DNA of 64,000 nucleotides from Octopus sinensis (lineage: Eukaryota). A model generated the notes under the pieces. It was not told the DNA's origin and did no database searches. It worked only from the letters and a program-made list of their open reading frames with translations. Below are positions 25,205 to 36,299 of this stretch, in pieces. The stretch's first letter is position 1. Every line of letters starts with the position of its first letter. Position numbers and translations under genes: made by a program. The DNA is taken from positions 21,204,001 to 21,268,000 of the forward strand of contig NC_043009.1 of assembly GCF_006345805.1 (NCBI RefSeq), read 5' to 3'.

Positions 25205-27640
25205 TCTCTCCCCCTGCCGCTCTAGGGAGAAGAGTTTTAATACTTTCAGTCTTTCCCAGTAGCTGATATGTTGCATTGAGACGATCTTCTTTGTGTAGCT
25301 TCTTTGAATTGCTTCCAGTTCTGCTGTTAACTTTGTATTGTGTGGTGACCATAGCTGGGAGTAGTCCAAGCGGCTGAGGACGAAAGCTTTCCACAGGACC
25401 ATCAGTGTCTCCTTCTCTCTTGTTCTGAAAGTTCGGAGAATCCATCCAGCTAGCCGTTTGCATTTTATCACCAAATTAGTAATATGCACTTGGAAAGATG
25501 CATCATTGCTCATGTCAATGCCCAGGTCACGCACTGATTTTGACTCAGGGATTGCAATTCTTCCCGGGCCAGTGTATCCAGTCTGCATGTCGTTTACCTT
25601 TGTGTGCCGGTAGCGCTAGGTCTGGAACTTACCTGCATTAAACTGCATGTTGTTGTCCTCAGCCCACCTGTATATTGTATCCAACTCCTGTTGCAGATGT
25701 GCAATATTTCCAGGGTTTTGTATTGTATGGGAGACTTTTGTGTCATCTGCATAGCTAGCAAGGGTGGCCATCTTAGCAACTGAGGACATGTCTGAAAGGG
25801 CCACTATGAACAGCAGTGGCCCCACGACAGTGCCCTGTGGGACACCGCTTGTTATTTGTGTTTCCTTGGAGGTGGCTCCATTGGTCACAACTGCCTGCCT
25901 TCTATCTTTTAGGAAGTTGTGCAGCCACTCTCTAAGTTTTCCGCCTATGCCGTGATCACGCAGTTTGTGACAAATCATACCGTGGTCGACTTTATCAAAG
26001 GCTTTTGCAAAGTCGAGATATATCACATCCACATTGAAGCCATTTAGTAACTGTTTTAATACCCAGTCATAGTGTTGCAGGAGCTGTGTTAGGCAGCTTC
26101 TACCTGGTCGAAATCTATGCTCGGTGTCAGTCAGCAAGTCATTTTTTTCAAGGAACCTGATTAGTTTCTTGCGGACTATTCGTTCCATGACTTTGCTGCT
26201 GTGTGAGGTCAGAGAGATAGGCCTATAATTTTTAGCATCTACTCTGCTTCCTCCCTTATGGATAGGGCATATTACCTCCTCTTTCAATTTGACTGGGAGC
26301 TTACCACTTGCAAGAAAGCTCTGAAAAAGAAGCTGTAGCGGTTTTGCAAGGGCTCGTTTGCACGATTTGAGAAGGATCGCTGGAAATCCATCAGGTCCAG
26401 CAGCTGCGTTTGTGTCAATCTCATCTATGGTTAGTGTGAGATCATCATTTTCAATGTTGATGTACTCAATTTTTGCCTCTTTGGCCGCAGGTAAAGTGGC
26501 AAAGAATTCTTCTGGGTTGTTTACTTGCCTGTGTCGTAGAGGTGTAGTGAACACACTTTGGAACTGTTCGTTCAGTATTTCACTTATCCTCGTGGGATTT
26601 CCAGTGAGAGAGCCATCTTTTTGGAAGAGAGGTCCTAGTCTCTGGCGTACTGTGGCTGTCTCCTTGGCAAACTTAAAGAAAGCTTTAGGGTTTGACTTTA
26701 TATTTTCTATTACCCAAGCTTCTTTATCTGCTCTCTCCTTTTCATGAGACTGATGCAGACTTTTCTTGTATTATAGACATGAAGCGTTTGTGTTTCATGT
26801 CAATGTCCGGTGTGGAGAGACATTTAGGCCAATCCTGTTTGAGGATCTCTTTCTCGATCAACTTCCAATTTGCTTTATGAAAGTTTAAGTTGGAGAGATT
26901 GTGGATGCTTCGTATAGGTTGTGTGTCTGCGGGGGCTTTTAGTCCATACATAGACAGCTCTATTATGTTGTGATCCGAGATCATTGTCGGCATCCTTTAA
27001 CATTATAGATAATATCCATATTGTTTGTGAAGCAGAGATCCAGTATATTATCTGCCCTTGTTGGTTGCAGCACTATTTGCTCCATGAAAGAGACATTTGT
27101 GAGATGGAGCAGGGACTCTGCTTGTGCCTGCTGATGGTGTGTCATCCCTGGGAGCATCTGCCACCCAGACCATTCCACATTGGGGAAGTTAAAGTCACCC
27201 ATGAAGAATATACTGTTGTGTTGTTCCAGGTTGGTGAGAACTTCTCCTATTTTTGTGAGGCAGTCTTCAAAAATGCTTGTGTGATTTGGGGCTTCCGGTG
27301 GGCGATATGTAGTACATATGACGATATTCAGTTGTCTTATGTGTACAGTTTGAGTGTCACACACTGAGTTTGAATATCACAACAGGACCTGTGGCGTGAG
27401 GTCATCTCGGATTTACATTGCAACTCCACAATGGCTACTCCCTTTTCTATCTGAGCGTATGACAGTATATTGCGGTATGTATATTTCTGCATCCCCTATA
27501 TCGGGTCCAAGATGCGTTTCTATAAGTACCATGCATATAGCTTGATTGCATGCCACAAGGTCTCTCAGGAATTAGATTTTCCTTTTACAGTTGCCGCGCA
27601 GCAGCCCTCCTACGTTCAGTAGAAATATTTTTGTGGTGCG
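25205..27640 (-). pseudogene. LINE ORF2 (APE endonuclease + reverse transcriptase), multiple stops/frameshifts
   Basis: ORF pieces 26981-27364, 26742-26993, 25616-26554, 25594-25779 and 25079-25588. Confidence 0.9.
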
Positions 27641-27699
27641 TGTGGGTTGATGTCTGTGGTGGTCATCCTGCATCTGTTGGTGGTGGCCTTATGTGGTGG

Positions 27700-28518
27700 T
27701 AGTTCCAGCTTTGTGTTTGTAGCCAGGTCAGCTGCTGGACAATTTTTTGTGCCATGCACAAAAAAGATTGCTGTTCAGCTGCTGCCCTCTCACATCTGGT
27801 GAATCTGGCCATTTCTTGGGCTAACCGCGCACTACATCCGCATATCGTCTTTCAGGAGTGGTCAGTGGCGCCATTTTTTCCTTCATTTATATTTTCTTTA
27901 TCTTTTTGTTCTCCCCGGGGAGGGATTTTTGTCTTGTGTCCATACGGTTTTGGCAGGGCTTCTGATGTGTCAAAACGACAGTTTGCACCATCGATGTCAT
28001 GCCAGCAGTCTCTCTTCAGGTAGAATTTGCAGATGTTCTGCTTTTACCCTTGTAGCTCTTGCTGGGGTTCTTCTGTTTTTTTCTGAACAGTGTTTGTTTT
28101 AGTTTTCTTGTCTTTTAGCTCTTGTTTTCCCGTCGATTTTAGGGTGCTTTCCTTTTTTTTGCGACCATCGCACCTCTTTGGTCTTCATTGTGTTGGGAGC
28201 TGGACATGTGCCATTGTTTCCCTGGTTTGCAGGTTTCTCGGTTGTTTCTTTGTTGGGTCCTGGATGCTTTCTCCATCCTTTTGTCTTCTCTGGGTGCAGT
28301 CACCTCCTAGGAATGATGTCCAGAGTGTCCATGTGTTGCCTAATTAGAGCGTATGAACGGAGGAATTCTCGTTTCTTTCGCTCTATCTGGGCGGTGGTCC
28401 AGGAGAAATCATTGCTCTTAAGCGCCGCTGCAATGATATTGTTTGGCACGTCACCCTCGGCAATCTTCCAGACGCGGACGAACAATTGCAACTCCCTCGC
28501 AAACCAGTTCCTTGACAT
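27700..28518 (-). pseudogene. LINE ORF1 with N-terminal Myb/SANT-like region and CCCH zinc finger
   Basis: MSRNWFARELQLFVRVW...IAAALKSNDFSWTTAQIERKKREFLRSY; Lys-rich linker; ICKFYLKRDCWHDIDGANCRF-H at ~27960-28040, where the His needs a frameshift. Confidence 0.6.
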
Positions 28519-28539
28519 CTTCGCCTGAGATACAGTGAG

Positions 28540-28860
28540 AGTGAAATAGAGGAACAGAGAGAGAAGGAAAGATAAGATGGTTGACCTGAGAGGGAGAGGA
28601 GAGAAGAGAAGAAAAAAGCTGGTGGCAGATCAGCCGGGGGGGGTGTGAGAGAGAGAGACAAGGGGATTGACCTGAGAGAAGAGAGAAAGAATGGCAGGTC
28701 AGTAGGGGGAGAGTGAGCGGGATAGAGGTGTGGTAGAGAGAAAGAAGTAAAGGGACAGAGAGGAAAAGAGAGACAAGGGGATGAACCTTAGGTGGAGCAG
28801 GGAGAAGAAAGGCAGAGAGAGGAAATGGAGAGGGAGAGAGGGCGGGATAGAGGTACAAGA
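28540..28860. repeat. GA-rich purine tract
   Basis: Near-continuous (GA/GGA/AG) low-complexity sequence. Confidence 0.8.
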
Positions 28861-29043
28861 GAGTATATATATTTATATATGCATGTATATATACATGTAG
28901 ATGTAGGTACGTACATATATGTTTGTATGTATGCATATATTTTATTTATTACACTATTGTATGACTGAGCGCCTTCGCGTCGATTCGATTCGATTCGTTT
29001 GGTTTCGTTCCGTTTCTTCTTCTTCTCTAAGCTGGTTTATATA

Positions 29044-29116
<73 letters not shown>

Positions 29117-29797
29117 TGTAGATGTAGGTACGTACATATATGTTGGTATGTATGCATAATTTATTTATTACACTATTGTCTGACAGCGCTTTGCGTCAGG
29201 TTCGTTTCGATTCGTCGCTTCGTTCCGTTTCTTATCCTCCCAGTATTGTTTTATATATAATTATGACGCGAAATTCTCTCCCTTTGCTTTACCTTTCCCA
29301 CTCTCCTCTCCCTCTTCCTCATCTCTCTCTCAGCCGCGTGTCTTCCTCTATCTCTCTCTCTCTCTCACTCCTCCTCACTTTTGTCACTGCTAGCCAAAAC
29401 CACTTCCTTTTGCACGTTGCTTTCACACTGTAAAGTCATGTTTCCATGCGCTGCTAGAACATCTTCCGTCTAAGCCAGAAAAAAAGGCCTTTTCGTTTGT
29501 TTTTCTCGTTTGTTTTTCTTGTTTATTTTGATTTCTCGTATTGTATTTTCTTTTTATTTCTCGTTTTATATTTTCTTGTACATGTATTTTTATCTTGTAT
29601 TTTATTGTGCAGTTTTATTGTTACGTCCTGTTTGTGTTACATTTTTTCCTGCTTGGTTTACCCCTCTGCGAGGTAATTTTATTTTAATTCTCTCGCAGGA
29701 AGGCCTAGTTTTGACGAGTCGTGTACTGTCTTGCCTTCGAAACACGCTTGAGTCTACTAGCGACAGCTGATGATTGGCGATTTTTCCTTGTGTAGCA

Positions 29798-29930
29798 TGT
29801 CCTGTACTCTGTTTTTCTGTTGTAAAAAAGATGTTTTTCCCGTTTTCGTTTCTCGTCCAGTTCCACGTCTCTGTTTTTCTGTTGTAAAAAAAATGGCTTT
29901 TCCGTTTTCGTTCCTCGTTGAGTTCTACGT
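29798..29930. repeat. ~62-bp tandem duplication
   Basis: ctgtttttctgttgtaaaaaa...cgttttcgtt.ctcgt..agtt.(c/t)acgtct occurs twice. Confidence 0.8.
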
Positions 29931-30044
29931 CTAGTTGTGGTGTCCTGTACTCACATATATATGTATATATGCATGTATATATACATGTAGATGTAGGTAG
30001 TGCATATATGTTTGTATGTATGCATAATATATTATTTATTACAC

Positions 30045-30088
<44 letters not shown>

Positions 30089-30165
30089 TATAATGTGACC
30101 CTCGTGTGCACCGTTGGCGATTTTTTCCCTCTGGCTACCCTTCTCTGGATCTTTCCTTCTCCTAT

Positions 30166-30199
30166 GTTCCCATGAAGAGCTCCGCTCGAAAGTTAGAAC
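30166..30199 (+). ncRNA. Decayed hammerhead-like motif
   Basis: gttc-CCAUGA-A-GAGC ucc GCUC-GAAA-GUUA-gaac. Stems I and II are intact, but the core and stem III each lack a nucleotide. Confidence 0.4.
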
Positions 30200-30293
30200 C
30201 TCCTTTCCTTCTTCCTGAGCGTCCAATAATATATATATTTTGTTCTACGTCCTCGCGTTGTTTGGGCTTCTTTTGTGCTTTCTTTGTTTGTAT

Positions 30294-30358
<65 letters not shown>

Positions 30359-30458
30359 TATAATATATATATGTAGGGTCCCGGGTTGATTCGGGGTTTA
30401 ACCACAGTAAATAGGTACTCATACATAGCAGAGTAAAATTAATTTTATTTATAGAAGG

Positions 30459-30509
30459 AGCTTCTACAGGACTAGAACTGTTTCATTCAAGAGAAATCAT
30501 CAGGAAGCT
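30459..30509 (-). ncRNA. Type-I hammerhead ribozyme, intact core
   Basis: agcttc-CUGAUGA-u UUC ucuu GAA u-GAAA-CAG uucuaguc CUG-UA^-gaagct: 6-bp stem I, 4-bp stem III, GUA site. Stem II closes with a U.U mismatch. Confidence 0.75.
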
Positions 30510-30835
30510 ATTACAAGAATTGTATTGGCATTTATACATTTAGGGCGGGTTTAAGGGGTGGTGGTGGGGGACTTTTTGGGGTAGGCATAGAGCAAAATAT
30601 TATACTTGGGGGAGTGATCAAGAGTCAGTGGTAAATTAGATAAAAGAATAAATAAAAGAATAAAAAAATATATAGAAGAATAGAGTTTTAGGTAAATAAG
30701 GAGATTATCACTTATACATATACACATATGTATATATATACACACACACACACACATATACATACACACATAAATACACACACACACATATATATATATA
30801 TACATACATATATATACATACACATATATACACAC

Positions 30836-30866
<31 letters not shown>

Positions 30867-31062
30867 CATATATATACATATATATACATATATATATACA
30901 CACACATGTATATATACACACACGACCACACATACATATACACACAAAAATATATACATACACACACATACACATACACACATACACACATATCCACATA
31001 CACACATGCACACACAAGTCCCTATATACACACATTACATATATATATATATACATATATAA

Positions 31063-31120
<58 letters not shown>

Positions 31121-32460
31121 ATATATGTGTGTACCTATACATACCTACACATACACACATATACATACAAATACAAACACATCCCTAATTTTAATTTTAT
31201 TATCTTCATTTATTACTTTTGTTATCTTTGACCGCTGGTCACAAGCATCTTGACGACAGCAAGTCCATTTATCTTTCTACTAGAACACAAGCACTCACTC
31301 ACACACGCACACTCATTAGCACGCACACTCACTCATTCGTACCTCATACACATACCGCACGCACGCGTTTATATTCATACATACATACATCTACATACAT
31401 TCATATATATACACATACGTACGCGTACCTACAGATTCATGTCTACACGCTTAGAAGACTAGTCCATACATATACACCAATAAATATATATACACACATA
31501 CATATACACCTACATACAAATACATATTATATATATATATATATATATAATCTATATATATATATATATATACGTATAGACATAAATACATACACCCATA
31601 CATACATACATATATACACATACACACACCCACACATATACATATACATACATATACGCGCATACATACACATACACATACATATATACACATATATATA
31701 TATATATATACATATATACACATACATACATGTACATACATACATATACATATATACACACACACATACATACACATATACACATACACACACATACACA
31801 TATACATGCGTACCCATACACACACACACACACACGCGCATCCATATATACACATAAGTACGCACATGCGTAAAAGTATACATATATCCATACATATGCT
31901 TACACATACACACACACACACGCGCCTCCTTATGTTCATATACTTACATGCATACTCAAAAAATAAATAATAAAATATATATACGTGCAGTTATTCATAT
32001 ACATACATGCATACTCAAAAAAATAATAAATATTAAGTATTATACGGCAGTTACCTATTATACAGACGGATACATACATATAAACTTACACACACAACAC
32101 ACATAATAAATATATATAATATATTATACATTACTTACACATATGTACATATACATACACACATACATAACTCTACGTACCTACATATACATAAACACAC
32201 GAGCGTACACGTATATGTACATATACACATACACATGCACACACATACATACATACATATACATACACACACATATATATTATATATATATATATATATA
32301 CATACATGTACATAACAACACATACACATACACACAATATATATATACACATATACATATATACATATATATATATATATACATATACATACATATACAT
32401 ATACACACATACACACACACACATATATATATACACACACACATACATATACATACACAC

Positions 32461-32492
<32 letters not shown>

Positions 32493-32691
32493 ACATGTGT
32501 GCATACATACATACTACTCATACACACACACACTCACACATACATATATACACACACTACACACACACACACATATAGTATATATATATACATATAAATA
32601 TATGTACATATACACACACATATATAATGTGAATATATGTGTGTGTATATGTACATATATATATATGTACATATATATATATATATATATA

Positions 32692-32748
<57 letters not shown>

Positions 32749-32920
32749 TGTGTAAGTGTGTGTAATATGTATGTGTGAGTGTGTGTGTGTATGAGTATGT
32801 ATTATTTAGCACACATGTGTATATATATATATAGGTATATGTGTGTATGTATATGTATGTGTTGTATGTATATATATGTGTGTGTGTGTATGTGTGTATA
32901 TGTATATGTATGTATATGTA

Positions 32921-32951
<31 letters not shown>

Positions 32952-32998
32952 ATGTGTGTATATATATATGTGTGTATGTGTGTGTATGTATATGTATG

Positions 32999-33056
<58 letters not shown>

Positions 33057-33185
33057 ATGTATATGTATGTATGTATGTGTGTGTATGTGTACGTGTATAT
33101 GTACATATACGTGTACGCTCGTGTGTTTATGTATATGTAGGTACGTAGAGTTATGTATGGGTGTATGTTATGTCATATGTGTAAG

Positions 33186-33228
<43 letters not shown>

Positions 33229-33769
33229 TATATATGTGTGTGTGGTGTGGTGTGTGTGTGTGTGTAAGTTTTATGTAGTATCCGTCTGTATAATAGTAAT
33301 TGCACGTATATATACTTAATATTTATTATTTATTTTTTGAGTATGCATATAAGTATATGAACATAAGGAGGCGCGTGTGTGTGTGTGTATGTGTAAGCCT
33401 ATGTATAGATATATGTATACTTTTACGCATGTATGTACTTATGTGTATATATGGATGCGCGTGTGTGTGTGTGTGTATGGGTACGCATGTATATGTGTAT
33501 GTGTGTGTATGTGTATATGTGTATGTATGTGTGTGTGTATATATGTATATGTATGTATGTACACGTATGTATGTGTATATATATATGTATATATATATAT
33601 ATGTGTGTGTATATATGTATGTGTATGTGTATGTGTATGTATATGTATGTGTATGTATGCGCGTATATGTATGTATATGTATATGTGTGGGTGTGTGTAT
33701 GTGTATATATGTATGTATGTATGGGCGTATGTATGTATGGGTGTATGTATGTATGTATATATACGTATG

Positions 33770-33813
<44 letters not shown>

Positions 33814-34241
33814 TGTATATAATATATGTATGTATTTGTATGTAGGTGTATATGTATGTGTGTATATATATTTTTGGTGTATATGTATGGACTAGTCTTC
33901 TAGCGTGTAGACATGAATCTGTAGGTACGCGTACGTATGTGTATATATGTGAATGTATGTAGATGTATGTATGTATGAATATAACGCGTGCGTGCGTGTA
34001 TGTGTATGAGTGTACGAATGAGTGAGTGTGCGTGCTAATGATGTGCGTGTGTGAGTGAGTGCTTGTGTTCTAGTAGAAAGATAAATGGACTTGTTGTCGT
34101 AGCCAAGATGCTTGTGACCAGCGGTCAAAGATAACAAAAGTAATAAATGAAGATAATAAAATTAAAATTAGGGAATGGGTTTGTATTTGTATGTATATGT
34201 GTGTATGTGTAGGTATGTATAGGTACACATATATATATATG

Positions 34242-34289
<48 letters not shown>

Positions 34290-34478
34290 ATATATATGTA
34301 TATGTGTGTATATAGGGACTTGTGTGTGCATGTGTGTATGTGTGTATGTGGATATGTGTGTATGTGTGTATGTGTATGTGTGTGTATGTATATATTTTTG
34401 TGTGTATATGTATGTGTGGTCGTGTGTGTATATATACATGTGTGTGTATATATATATGCATATATATGTATATATATG

Positions 34479-34511
<33 letters not shown>

Positions 34512-34840
34512 GTGTGTATATATGTGTATGTATATATATGTATGTATATATATATGTGTATGTGTGTATGTCTGTGTGTATGTATATGTGTGTGTGTGTG
34601 TATATATATATATATACATATGTGTATATGTATAAGTGAGAATCTCCTTATTTACCTAAAACTCTATTCTTCTATATATTTTTTTATTCTTTTATTTATT
34701 CTTTTATCTAATTTACCACTGACTCCTTGACCACTCCCCCAAGTATGATATTTTTGCTCTATGCCTACCCCCAAAAGTCCCCCACCACAACCCCTTTAAA
34801 CCTGCCTAAATGTATAATGCCAATACAATTCTTGTTAACT

Positions 34841-34890
34841 AGCTTCCTGATGATTTCTCTTGAATGAACAGTTCTAGTCCTGTAGAAGCT
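34841..34890 (+). ncRNA. Mirror copy of the hammerhead with one A deleted from GAAA
   Basis: agcttcctgatgatttctcttgaatgaacagttctagtcctgtagaagct. Confidence 0.55.
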
Positions 34891-34901
34891 CCTTCTATAT
34901 A

Positions 34902-34947
<46 letters not shown>

Positions 34948-35007
34948 TTATGTTGTGTGTGTGTGTGTTTGTGTGTATATATATACATGTATATCTGTAT
35001 ATATGTA

Positions 35008-35064
<57 letters not shown>

Positions 35065-35130
35065 TATATATAGATATATATATGTATATATAATATATAT
35101 ATGTGTTGTGTGGTGTGTATAATATATATA

Positions 35131-35830
35131 TTCTTAGAATCTTTAGAACAAGAGAGCAGGAAACCATGATGGTCCTCTGGAGGACACTTATCCTAAGCCA
35201 CTTTGACTATTGCTCTCAGCTATGGTCACCATCCAGTGTCAAGTTGATCACAGAACTTGAGGCGATCCAACGAAGGTACACGAAGAAGATAGCCTCTGTG
35301 CAGCATATAAGCTACTGGGAGAGACTCAAGAGATTACGACTCTATTCCTTAGAGCGTAGGCGAGAAAGAAATGCCATAATATACATCTGGAAGATCCTAG
35401 AAGGACTTGTCCCAAACTTTGGCATCGAGAGTTACACAAATGATAGAACTGGGCGCCACTGCATGGTACCAAGGACTCCAAATTTGCCATCAAGATGTAG
35501 GACAAGATACTGTGATAGCCTGGGCTTCAGAGGCCCACATCTCTTCAATATCCTCCCGAAGAACCTGAGAGAACTGCATGGGGTGTATGCAGATGTCTTT
35601 ACAATAAAACTGGATCTCTTCCTGTCAGGCGTCCCAGATGAACCAACTTCACGGCAGGAGGTGCAGATGAGGGCAGCTGCATCGAACTGTCTCATGCACC
35701 AAATGGCAATTGCTAAAAAGCATTCGTGAAGTAAAATCATGTAGCAACACCAAATGGCAGTGCCCCACCATGGCCACAGCTCGCGAGCTGAAACTAAATA
35801 AAATAAAATAAAATAAATAAAATATAAAAT
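35131..35830 (+). mobile_element. CR1/L2-group LINE 3' fragment (second subfamily) with (TAAAA)n tail
   Basis: [17 protein letters not shown]...WERLKRLRLYSLERRR...RAAASN; 3' stem-loop cagctcgcgagctg. Confidence 0.85.
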
Positions 35831-35906
35831 ATATATAATGTATATATATATGTATATACATGTATGTATATATTTATATATGTATATATATATATATATG
35901 TAATAC

Positions 35907-35963
<57 letters not shown>

Positions 35964-35994
35964 TATATATTATATAATATATATATATATATAT

Positions 35995-36269
35995 ATCATG
36001 GTTTCCTGGTCTCTTGTTCTAAAGGTTCTAAGAATCCATCCGTTCAGCCGCCTACATTTCATTGCCAATTTAGCAACATGCACATGAAAGGTTGCATCAT
36101 CACTCATGTAAATACCCAGGTCTCGCACTGATTGTGCCTCTGGGATTGCCATCCTTCCAGGTCCCGTGTATTTATTGGGTATTGCATTTAGTTTTGCATG
36201 CTGATAGCATAAAGCTTGAAACTTTTCAGCATTGAACTGCATGCTATTCTTTTCAGCCCACTTGTATAA
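35995..36269 (-). mobile_element. CR1/L2-group LINE fragment immediately 5' of the preceding piece, in inverted orientation
   Basis: LYKWAEKNSMQFNAEKF...GWILRTFRTRDQETM. Confidence 0.85.
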
Positions 36270-36299
36270 TCCCTTCCTTAAGAAAATTACAAAAAATAA

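Larger units (their letters stand above)
25205..28530 (-). mobile_element. Near full-length CR1/L2-group LINE (ORF1 + APE-RT ORF2), degenerate; 3' end lost in the gap
   Basis: APE motifs (FLLNVGGL, ETHL, YRPP, GDFNFP, LDLCF, SDH) and RT motifs (GPDGFP, YRPISLTS, DFAKAFDKV, SGVPQG, YADDTK). Same family as 46000-47432 and 62110-62587. Confidence 0.92.
30443..34906. repeat. ~4.46-kb imperfect palindrome (foldback inverted duplication), centre ~32630
   Basis: Non-microsatellite anchors are mirrored: 30450-30715 vs 34630-34900, 31195-31460 vs 33885-34170, 31900-32080 vs 33270-33400, 32160-32220 vs 33095-33160. A short central loop lies at ~32626-32632. Confidence 0.9.

Noticed and set aside
25370-25392. 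CUGAGGA...GAAA motif
   Set aside because: There is no stem II or stem I, and it lies within LINE coding sequence, so it is a chance match.
29693-29762. Hammerhead-like UUGACGA...GAAAC...GUC with ctagt/actag flanks
   Set aside because: C3 is altered and stems II and III do not pair convincingly. At most it is a very old relic.
30551-34730. Dozens of 60-210 aa ORFs rich in Y/I/H/T or C/V/M/Y
   Set aside because: They are translations of (AT/AC/GT)n microsatellites, which lack stops by composition.
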